Source of the DNA: Nitrosopumilaceae archaeon
GTDB taxonomy: Archaea; Thermoproteota; Nitrososphaeria; Nitrososphaerales; Nitrosopumilaceae
Length of the DNA stretch: 64,000 bases
Reading direction: 5' to 3'
NCBI GenBank assembly: GCA_965207375.1
Contig: CBDBMG010000002.1
Span: forward strand, 192,001-256,000
This document shows positions 53,462-64,000 of this stretch, piece by piece. The notes beneath the pieces were generated by a model, which did not search any database, was not told where the DNA came from, and saw only the letters and a list, made by a program, of their open reading frames with translations. Made by a program: the position numbers and the translations under genes. Within the stretch, counting starts at the first letter, position 1, and the number at the start of each line of letters is the position of its first letter.

Positions 53462-56400
53462 CTAATCTACAGGTGCTTGGACTATTTCATACTCAGCTAC
53501 AGCTGAAGAAGCTTTATTGTCTTGACCAAAGGGAACATAAGCTGGTGAGGACTGCATCTCTACGTTGTCTGCATTAAAATATTGCTTAACTGGAGAAAGA
53601 ACTTCTCCTGTGTAGAGGGTGTAAATATACATTACAGCTAAAACTATATATATCAAGTGTAGCTACACAATTAGTTAATATTAATTTTTCACATCACCTT
53701 TTTTCTTGTGTTGATTGTAGAGTTTCCAAGAAAGTACAACAATTATTGCAGTAGCTATAGTTGTGAATAATCCTGTTAGTCCAATAAATATCTCACAATA
53801 TCTTTCATTCCCATTGGTCAAGGTATCCTCTTTAGTGTTGTCTGTACAATGCAAATATTGTGAATGATGGTTATCATTACACATGTATATGTTAACTAGT
53901 ATACTTAATAATAGAGATTGATAAGAAAAATGGTGAACAAAATTTACAGCCACCTTTTGAAAGATATTCAGAGATGTATGTACCTTAAATGACAAAACTT
54001 TTGAGGGAGAAATTTTTTACCTTACTAATTTCAGTATGTGAAAGCTAATTATTCAGCAAAACCATGAAAGTTTTCCCTACATTATAATTGAATACAATTG
54101 CAATGAATCATGAAAGTTTTCTCCCTCGAAAGTTTTGTCGTTTACAGCATATTGTCACTATACCTGTACATTTACCATAATATACATTTGTCCAACTATT
54201 AGTAAAACTCCACTAATTTTATTTAGTTAAATTTAATTTTTAATTCCGCCATTTCGTTAACCTCCTTATTATTGAACTACATATACGTATGGCTTTTTGC
54301 TACATAACACGAAAAAATGATTCTAAGAAGAAAGCTAAAGAATTACAGTTGAAGCCATGTTACAGTGGACGAATTTTTCCATCTGCATAAGAAAGGTGGT
54401 AATAATCTAGAAGCGATTGATATTGCAAGCAAAATGTTGAGCTGCAGTTATTATTATGTAGGCTCAATTAACGCCTTGTGAGTTCTCATCTTTCTATGAG
54501 TAACTCCAAGAAGAAAGCCATGCAAGGAATAACAATACATGCCACGACATAATGGATAAAAGAGATTTGTGAACCTTGTTTTCTCAGTATTTCAAGTAGC
54601 TACATATGTAATTTATGTAATTTCTCAGTGTTTATGCTTTACAAGTATATAATTTATGTACAGTATAAAAGTAAACAATCTAGAATGGGATAAAAATGTA
54701 TACTTGAAAATGTGACTGGATTTGCGAAAATGTGCATAGTTCACACAAAAAATTAAATTCCTTTTTTTGATCCAGCTTATAGCTACACTCAATAGCTATA
54801 CACACACCATGTCTCCTATGGCCAGACTCAAGTGGTCTGCTTTTCTGAGGGGAGTATTTGGGGCCTTGTAAAACCATGACAGACACATTGGCACCTGTGG
54901 AGCGCACCAATTGGGCGTTATCGGCCTGGAATTCTACCCTTGACCGGAATGATGTCCCATCGGCCTAGTTGTATGGTCAGGACCATCTGTGGGCAACTAG
55001 TCACCTCGTGTCTTCACTTGGGGAGGTTTTTCCTCCTCCCTCCCCACCCTCCCCTCCCCTCCTCCCACCCGCCCACCCCCTCGTAACACTGGGCTAAAAT
55101 TGATGCACACCTTCGAAAAAATCGTCTGAAAAGGCCTGAAATCAAGCAAGGAACAACTTCAAAGGTAAACTGTATTTTATTTAATAGATTACTAAATCCA
55201 GTTCTGCTAAAAACAAAAGCGGTCTAGTACGTACGAGCAAAAGTTAGTAATTTCAATTTAAAATCTTTAAACAGGTGTTTCTCTAATTACTACCAGGTGC
55301 GAACTATGCACATTTTCGTAGAGCCGGTCACAAATAAGGAATAAGTATCCTTCTGGTAGCTAGAGGTTAGAGGTTAGTGCCAGTATATAAAATTTAATCT
55401 GTTTAATGTGAATGTATGGTATATACAATTTTATACCTAACAACTGTGCCAGGAAAAGGATTCTTGTTCCTTTAGTTAGCTAGCATGTCAATGTCTTGCT
55501 TTAGAGAACCTTAGCTATGTGCATTTTTAAAAATTTTGAGTTTAAAATGGGAATTAGCTATGTATGTTGCAGTTTAAATTTCCTATACGTAGCTACTACA
55601 GTAGCTAGCCTCAGATATTGAATAGCTACATGAATATGATCGGCTGTGTATATGCAATCATAATGAAAATATGGCCATGGTTATACATACCTGTGTGAGC
55701 ATATACTTAGCCATATTATAATTATGCTGTAGCAAGTTCTTTGAAAATGGCTAGCTACATGTACACATGGCTGAGCTCACTTTCGTTCTGTTCAATGTCA
55801 CTGGTTTTCATAGTCGGATGGCAGTGTAATCCTCCCTTATCAACAACTGCAATATTGATTGCATTGTGGTGAGTTAAATAAATTCTTTAAACCTAGTGTG
55901 TTATACTAAATGGGTAGCTGCTTGACATCGTAAAACATGAAAATCTAAATAAATAAATTCTTGTGTAATCAAGTTTTACTTTTGTTATTTCCATTAGCCA
56001 TTGGAATTAATTACGTATATCACCTAATGTTCAATGGATAATGTAAATCTTCATCATTTGCTGAAGGCTGTAAAATTATTTAAGTACACTCTTACTTATC
56101 TTAATAATAACTATAAGTTAATTGCTTACCTAAGTTTTTTGTAGTTGGCTGACTACTCATTTCTTCACTATTATACACCACAATAGTTAGTATGTAAGAA
56201 ACGTTGGACTTGTTGTTTAATTCAGATGGCAAAAAGCTAATGACAGTGCTGTTAGTTTCCATGGATACTGATTTACCATTATCAGAGCTGATATTCACAT
56301 TATAACATTTAATTTTTGACATCAAACATGCATCAATGTTTGGTTCCTGTGAAAAATGCGTATCACTATATTAACTATAATATATTCTGCATTGCATAGT

Positions 56401-56495
56401 AAATGACACATGTGTACATACCTTCCAAGTAATTTCTATGTAACTAGTATTTGTTGTCAAAACTTCAATAGTGTCAAAATCAACAGGATTTGGAG
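53462..56495 (-). CDS. 3' part of a single-pass receptor-like gene: fibronectin type III domain, TM helix, short Tyr-containing tail
   Basis: Exons 56422-56495 (PNPVDFDTIEVLTTNTSYIEITWK) and 56130-56346 (EP...CYNVNIS...SYILTIVVYNSEEMSS) are FN3-like; 53698-53841 is the TM exon; 53462-53607 is the tail (...KQYF...SPAYVP...EYEIV). Intervening exons are uncertain. Confidence 0.65.
54712..55331. mobile_element. MITE family A copy (inverted), AAAT TSD
   Basis: AAAT|GTGAC ... GTCAC|AAAT; reverse complement of 63-639. Confidence 0.88.
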
Positions 56496-57399
56496 CTACA
56501 ATATAACATCATTATTACAATAATTATGTACATAGCTACGTACTAAGCTAATACAATGTATGTAGTACTAGCTAGCTACATAATAATAATATTATAGCTA
56601 TAGCTATAGCTACATACATAGCTACGTAACTACTCTGGTTAAAAATCTTATGGTAACTTCGATATTTTCCTTTAATTTACCATTGGATTATGCTTTAGTG
56701 ATAATGTGAGGTTTAAGCTATGTATGGAGTCTTGTATATTTTTTGTTCATTATCAGATACAATTGCATTAATTATGACTCCTATTTATCAAACTCATCAT
56801 TGCATTCATTCATTAATTGATCACTGTAGGTTCACTCAAAATTTCACAAGCTCTTCCAAAATGTCAATGCCTGTGGGCAAAGTGTGCTTTGCACAAAAAC
56901 TTGCCTATTTTGCTGTCATTATGTGCTTGATGCTTTTGCTATCCTATTATGCTCAAAATTATGAGTGATACAAGTTAGCTAGTTAGTTAATCTCTTGTAT
57001 AGGATTTATAATAAATAGTTGTGTTGTTTCAAGAGTCACACAGTCCAGGCTCGCATCCAGGTTATCCGAGTCGATGCCTTTGAGAGGTTTTACCCTCAGT
57101 TCTCCCCCTGTTCAAGCTTGTTGTACAAACTCAAGCTGGAATAAACTGGCATCAATTAGCTAAGTGGTTCACTACCATTATGATAAGTGCCAATAACTAC
57201 ACTATTAGCTATAAACATGGGTGTATGTATACATTTTCCTGTGTTTTCAATGTTGTAAAGCCATAATTAAAAATTAACTATCTAGATCTAGATATTCCAA
57301 ATCATGTTGATGGCTCTAGGAATTACTGTTGGAATTAACGAATCAATTCTTGATTCAAGAAACAAAAATTTAGCAATTTTCCGCATATTATGACTACGT

Positions 57400-57990
57400 T
57401 TATATGCATATGCCCTTATTTGGTAAACGGAACCACAAGAATCGATCTTGTAGTCGAGCCAAGGATCGCTCATTCCGAATCACGTGGACAAAAATTCCCC
57501 TGAATTATAATTGTCAAAAAATTCGTGGCCGGATTGCCGGCTCAGAATTGCTTTAGTAACTTTCGGAGTTAAAAGAGCCAGCGAATCCTTACCGAAAATT
57601 CACGGTTTGCCGTAGCTATATCGCGGGATATCGTAAACAACATGTAGCTAACGAAAATCAAAACCATTTATGGTTATACCTTTTCACTTTATCTGAACTC
57701 TGATGTATTATATCGTCTGTCCCGAGATCTCATACCACTTGTCTCATACAGATAGTCGGTGATTCCAATTTTTAATTTCAGATTTCGAAATTTTAATAAT
57801 TTCAAATAAGATTTCAGAAAGAGTTCCAGTGGCGCCGGGTAGAACATGAACGAGAGTAATAGAGTGTGTGGCTTGGCGAGTCTTTAATGGACCGGACTGA
57901 CCGGGTTTGACTGCGTTCCGGCATCGCCGGGACAGCCTGTTCCAGTCGTCGGTCTCACCCGGTCTCACCGCCGGACAGAAAATTACCCAG
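57400..57990. promoter_or_regulatory. CpG-rich island, possible promoter/first exon region
   Basis: Locally high GC/CpG in a CpG-poor background, ending near a GTAAGT donor-like site (~57990). Weak evidence. Confidence 0.3.
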
Positions 57991-60037
57991 TAAGTAGCTA
58001 GCTATATCTACAAATTGTTGAACACAACTATAATATAAAGTGACAACGTGATAACTTAATTTTACTTAGTGCATGAAATTATTTTCATGTGCGTTATATA
58101 ATAATTATATTATGTGAGTTAGAGTAGTATTCCCACAGTGAGGCCCAGGGGATCTGTGCTGACACTATTTCACAGATGTACGTACTATTACTCTGTTCTC
58201 TATATATGTTTATGAGATTCTGCTATAATATCATCACTATAACTGAATGATAACTCATAGCTAGCTAGCTATGTCAGATAAGATTTTTGTATTTGTTTTT
58301 GTGGTTGAAAACGACTATGATCTTTTTCGAGGACATAAATAGCGGACTGGACTGGACCTTGGACTGGACCCTGGACTCACAGCTTTTTATCTGTGAACTG
58401 AAAGTTAGTCTTTCTTACTGGTCTGACTCCACTTAGATATAGAAACGTGAACCAGATTCTTCTTTCTGTGATGCAGAGTATTATTCTCTTTTACATACAA
58501 AAGACCCTTAGGAATTGCCTTAGCAGCCTATACACAGTTTTATTCTAAGATTTATCGATTGTTGATTGCCAATGATGTTGTAAATCTAGTCTGGCATGAC
58601 CAAATCCTTTTGTCGCAGCATGCTTTGATTAGAGATGATAAGCACCCATTTATCATCGATATAGGCACCCTTGGACAAAAGGATATGGCTACGCCAGACT
58701 AGATTGACACCATCATTGACAATCAACAATCGAGTAAAACTGTGTAGACAGTTCCTAGGGGTCTTTTCTATGTGGGCACTTATTAAGAGAATAACACTCT
58801 GCCTGGAAAGAAGAATCTGGTTCAATGTAAGTGGAGGCTAGGTCAAGGACTAGTGAGTAGACTATAAATTATAATACAATTAACTCATTTTCTTCCAGTT
58901 CGCAGATAGAAAAGCTGAGTACAGAGTCCAGCCCACCAGTCCAGAATCCAGGTTTTGTGAAGATGCAAAGGGTAAAGAAGCAGCTTTAACTATAAGAAAA
59001 AAAGTTTAGCACATAATAGAGGGACCATAATGACCCTATTGATCTATTGTTTATTATGAAGCTATTATATATTATACCTACGTACCTATAGCTATAGGCA
59101 AGCGTTAAATATTTTATCACTGCATGTAATGAAACCTGATCTCTTATGACTTACTATCAATATATTTTGAAACAAACTACCATTCATGGCATGGGCTGTT
59201 GCTCAATTATGCCTAAATATTGACACTATTGTAGAAATATAATGGCTGATCAGGCAATGTAAGGTCTAAACATGAAACTACATAGCTGTGTGGTAAGGTG
59301 TTCCAAGAAATATGATATTATATATATTCCGCATCATCCGGCTCCACCACAACTAGCTAGCTTACCTCACTAGTTGCTGAAAACACCGGCCGGCCCACCT
59401 TAAGCTACGTAAGTATGTAAAATTTAATCTGTAGCAAATTATAATTTCGTGGTTTAAATTTCGAGGATAGAGCAAAATCCGCGAATACCTCAAAAATTTC
59501 TCACCTCAAAATTAACCCACTATACGGTAGTACGTTGTTACTGTATTTCAATTGTATAATTGCAAATGCTGACATGTAACAATGAGAGTACCTACTGATA
59601 AGTATGTATGTATATGGCATGTTTATTTATAATGTGGCCCGGCATGTGAAATGTGCACATAAAATTTGACCACATTTTTGGATTTTAAACTCTTCATAAG
59701 TAATCATAGGAGTGTAATAAAATTTGCACCATTTATGCAGCTGTTCATAGGGAATCTCATACAGCTTGTAGATTTCTAAAATCTTAAACAGTAAAGGAGA
59801 TACATACTGTAACATGAATAGGTGTATTTTGTGTACATAAGCCTGTTTCCACTTATATGTATGTCCAGTTTATGAGATCATTTGGGATTATTTACATAAG
59901 CTACATATTTGTGGTTTACTTGTATATGAGTAGCCCAACATGATAACAGTTGTCTATATAGTCACACGGGAACAAAATGTAATTTTAGAAAGAAATAAAA
60001 GACATTATCACTCACATGGTAGTAACTAACAACATAT

Positions 60038-60286
60038 GTGACCCGGCATGAGAAAACCGGGCTTATGTACACAAAATACACCTATTAACATTATAGTAAG
60101 TATCTCCCTTATTATATAAGACTTTCAAAATCTGTAAGCTGCATAAGATGCCTTATTAACAGCTGCATAAATGGTGAAAATTGTGTTGGACTCCCATGTT
60201 TACACATAAAATTATTTAATTTTAAAATCCAAAAATGTGGTCAAATTTTATGTGCACATAAGACCCATTTTCTCATTCCAGTTCAC
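60038..60286. mobile_element. GTGAC-ended MITE directly abutting a family A copy
   Basis: ATAT|GTGACCCGGCATGAGAAAA ... TTTTCTCATTCCAGTTCAC|AAAT; related fragments at ~3460-3545 and ~59635-59860. Confidence 0.7.
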
Positions 60287-60290
60287 AAAT

Positions 60291-60914
60291 GTGACCGTCT
60301 CTGCGAAAACCGGCCTAGTTCGCACCTGGTAGTAATTAGAGAAACACTTGTTTAAAGATTTTAATTAAAAATTACCAGCTTTTGCTCGTACTAGGCCGCT
60401 TTTGTTTAACAGAACTGGACTTAGTAATCTATTGAATAAAATACAGTTTACCTTTGAAGTTGTTCCTTGCTTGATTTTAGGCCTTTTCAGACGATTTTTT
60501 CGAAGGTGTGCATCAATTTTAGCCCTGTGTTACAAGGGGGTGGGCGGGTGGGAGGAGAGGGAGGGGCGGTGGGGAGGGGAGGTGGGGAGGGAGGTGGCAA
60601 AAACTCCCAGGTGAAGACACGAGTTGACCAGTTGCCCCAGATGGTCCTGACCATACAACCAGGCCGAAGGGACATCATTCCGGTCAAGGGTAGAATTCCA
60701 GGCCGATAACGCCCAATTGGTGTGCTCCACAGGTGCCAATGTGTCGGTCATGGCTTTACAAGGCTGCAAAACCTTCCCTCAGAAAAGCAGACCACTTGAG
60801 TCTGGCCATAGGAGACATGGTGTTTGGGTAGCTATTGAGTATAGCTATGTGCTGGGCCAAAAAATGAATTTAAATTTTAGTGCGAACTAGGCTGGTTTTC
60901 GCAGAGACAGTCAC
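60291..60914. mobile_element. MITE family A copy
   Basis: High similarity to 63-639; AAAT/ATAT flanks; expanded G-rich tract 60536-60597. Confidence 0.88.
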
Positions 60915-62384
60915 ATATGTAGATTACCTTTTGTACACATACCAGATTAAAAGCAGTAGTTTTTAACAATTTTATCAAGTAAAGCATTTAAAATAGTTAT
61001 AATACTGAAGCACTAAAATGAAAACTAAACCCACAATCATATTGTTTATGTTACCATATAAAAGAGATGGTAAATCTTGAGGAATTGTGCACCGTTGTAC
61101 TTCAGAATTGTTCAGTTCACATAATTTTTTGGAAGGCCCCAAAGGCCTATGATACATCATACATAATGACAGTTATTTTATTGTGGTATGTACGTATGTA
61201 TTAGGCTTAAATGAATACTTAAATATTTGGAGAGTTCGAATATTCAGATATTTGAATACAAAATTTCATATTCGAATATTCATTTCAAAGGAAATATATA
61301 ACACCAATATGTAGAGTATGCATAAAATCACTTTAAATGATTGACTCTACACCAGTGATCAAGTCATTTAATTCTGTTGTATTAATGTAGCATATTATAT
61401 ACATCACAGGGACTTGACAATGCCTTGTATGTACTAAAGAATATTCGAATATTCGGTAGTGGTCACTAAAGAATATTTGAATACTAAAACAGTTTGAGCC
61501 ATAGTATGTACGTATGTACATACATATATGCACAATCTTTCTTTGTCTTAACAATAATATTTATTATAATGTATGCATGTGGTAATGTACAATTTTACAT
61601 TAATTGGATTGTTACTCCTATAGGAGAAATAATAATGCACTTCACTATATTTGTGAAGATATGGGAGAGATTTTGCATTCCTTATGCAAAATGCCTCCTA
61701 TAGGATATAGGAAAATTTTTACGTACCCCACACAAGATGCCTCCTAGGAAAGATTTATTAACAGGAGCTTATAAGTGGCACAAACCAGTCCAAAGGAGCG
61801 TGAATCTACATGGCACATGCTCTAACCATTGTTGAATTCAAAATTTCCTATTAAGGATGTGTTGCTAACGTGACAAAATGTCATGATATAGCATTGTGGG
61901 TGTAGAAATATTGTAATCATGCCGGGGTAGCGTCTGAGAAAGAAAGAACTGCTGTCCATTGGCAACAGACTGTTGCAAGTTGATTTAACTATAATGGAAG
62001 TGTTCATTATGAAAAGAATTGGATACCACTGAGTCATGGGTTGTTATCCTATGCAGGCTCCCGACAAGTTTAAATCAGCTCATTTGACATTTCATTTGTT
62101 GATCTACTGTTTTCATTCCTTTCGTAGAAAGTTTACCAGCATCATTTATACAAGACTTCTTTATACCTCTACCTTCCATAATGATCGATTATAGCACAGT
62201 TGTGCTTCTCACTTAGTTGACTACATTACAAAACAAATGGCAGCTGTGTGTTAATTATATCAATCCATATTAGGAAATATGAGCATGTAGGAATTCAATA
62301 AATAAATGGTTATAGCCAATAGATTCATGGTGCTTATAAGCTCCTGGTATTAATTTTGAGATATTATTTTTTGGCCAGCGTGCC

Positions 62385-62545
<161 letters not shown>

Positions 62546-64000
62546 ATGTGCGTAATAACTGCAACAATGTTCTGTTGAATCTTTCAACCATACCATCCCC
62601 TAGGGGATGATATGGGGTGGTGCATGATTTATGAACACCAAGTGCATCTAAAACTTGAGTAAATATGGCATTTTCAAAATTATGGCCTTGGTCAGAATGT
62701 AATACTTGTGGTGGTCCGTATGTACAGAAAAATTTGACTCTACTGTAATACGAGATGCAGTCTGGTCTGGGAGGGGAATGGCATCAGCCCATTTAGTGAA
62801 ATAATCTTGTATCACAAGTAAGTAACGATTATTGTTTGTTGATAATGGCACTTGCAGGATGTCCACACTCCACAGCTATCATTTGTCATGGCTGTCCAAT
62901 GGGAATGTTTTGCAGTGGTGCACGTTGTGGCATGTTGAGCTTTGACTGTTGGCAGGTGGAACAATGTCTGCAGTACTCCTCAACATCTTTGGCCATGTTA
63001 ATCTAAAATGCATCATGACGTAGACGTTCAAGGGTCTTCTCTGCACCTAAGTGACCTGCAGTTGGGGCATCATGACTCTGAATGAGAGCATCTTTCTGGA
63101 GATCTGGTGTTAGTATAGGGACCATGACTGCTTGGTGCATAGGACTGGGTGTGTACTGACGACAAAGTACACCATCAACTACTTTAAGCTGGTGCCAAAG
63201 TTGTTTGTATCGGTGAAATGGGTGTTTATTCCATCTTGTGGTCTGTGAAGTATCTGGTGAACTTAAACGAGCTTGGCGAACAGCAGATAAGATATCATCA
63301 TTGGATTGACTTGCATGGAGTTCTGTAGGAGAGTAATGGGGTAACCCTATTGTGACAGCACATGATTCAGTGCAAGAGAGAGCATCAGCATTACTGTTTG
63401 AGGAACCCTTACGGTACATAATCTTGAAATCATATTCTTGGCTGGCCAAGGACCATCGGCACAACATACCTTCCATTTTTTGTGCCGATAGCCATTGCAA
63501 TGGAGCATGATCTGTATATAAATGAAATGGTCTGCCAAGTAAGTAGTGGTGGAATTGCTTCAAGGCAAAGACAACAGCCAAGCATTCATGTTGTATAACA
63601 CTGTAATTACGCTCTGAGCTGGTAAGAGATCGACTGGCATAGACAATAGGATGTCCATCTTGTTTTAAAACTGCTCCCAATCCAAGTGCACTATCATCTG
63701 TTTGGAGCACAAACTCTGAGGCATTAGAACTAAAACAAGGATAACCAAGTACTGGTGCTTCAGTTAAGCATTGTTTAAGAGTTTCAAATGCATTAGTGCA
63801 GTCTTCATTCCATAAAAATACTACACCAGCTTGTGTAAGAGAATACAGTGGAGCAGCAACATTGGAAAAGTGCTGAATGTACATATCGCCTATAATAAGA
63901 TGCCAATCCCAGGAACTGACGCACTTCTGTGACATTAGTAGGAGTTGGCCAGTCTACTACCACCTGCACCTTCCTGGGATCGGGTGACATTCCAGTGGCC
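62546..64000 (-). mobile_element. Ty3/Gypsy LTR retrotransposon pol relic (RT connection, RNase H, integrase), frameshifted; runs off the window
   Basis: VRQFLGLASYYRRY, LTEAPVL, LQTD.S..GLGAVL.Q, YASRSL...[50 protein letters not shown]; RT-RH-IN order. Confidence 0.92.

Noticed and set aside
57288-57968. ORFs in the CpG-rich segment as protein genes
   Set aside because: Short, with no recognisable motifs and no supported splice connection to the FN3 exons.

Overview
Eukaryotic, AT-rich, intron-containing (GT-AG) and repeat-saturated DNA from an invertebrate animal. The style is sponge-like, but that is an inference. The centrepiece is a 14.4-kb DNA transposon (29733-44107) with ~900-bp terminal inverted repeats (TIRs) and a 7-bp target-site duplication (TSD, GCCCACT). 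It carries two convergent multi-exon genes. One is a CxC-KDZ (Kyakuja/Dileera/Zisupton) transposase on +. The other is an unusual cargo gene on - that appears to combine an HDX-like homeodomain, an HMG box, a GTF2I-like repeat, a 9-aa tandem repeat and a Tnp1/En-Spm-like C-terminal domain; a 28S rRNA fragment lies in one of its introns. The element is nested in a hAT-type MITE. Elsewhere the window holds an RTE LINE inside a (CA)n tract, a CR1/L2-group LINE 3' fragment, a Gypsy pol relic, a pogo relic and many MITEs (AWWT, TA and 8-bp TSD classes). It also has foldback palindromes, an ankyrin pseudogene, an ITIH-C-like terminal exon and an FN3 receptor-like gene with duplicated TM/cytoplasmic modules. 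Several internal comparisons show recurrent 4-bp TA->TACGTA/TAGCTA insertions, possibly transposon excision footprints. All domain calls are by-eye motif recognition, not database hits.
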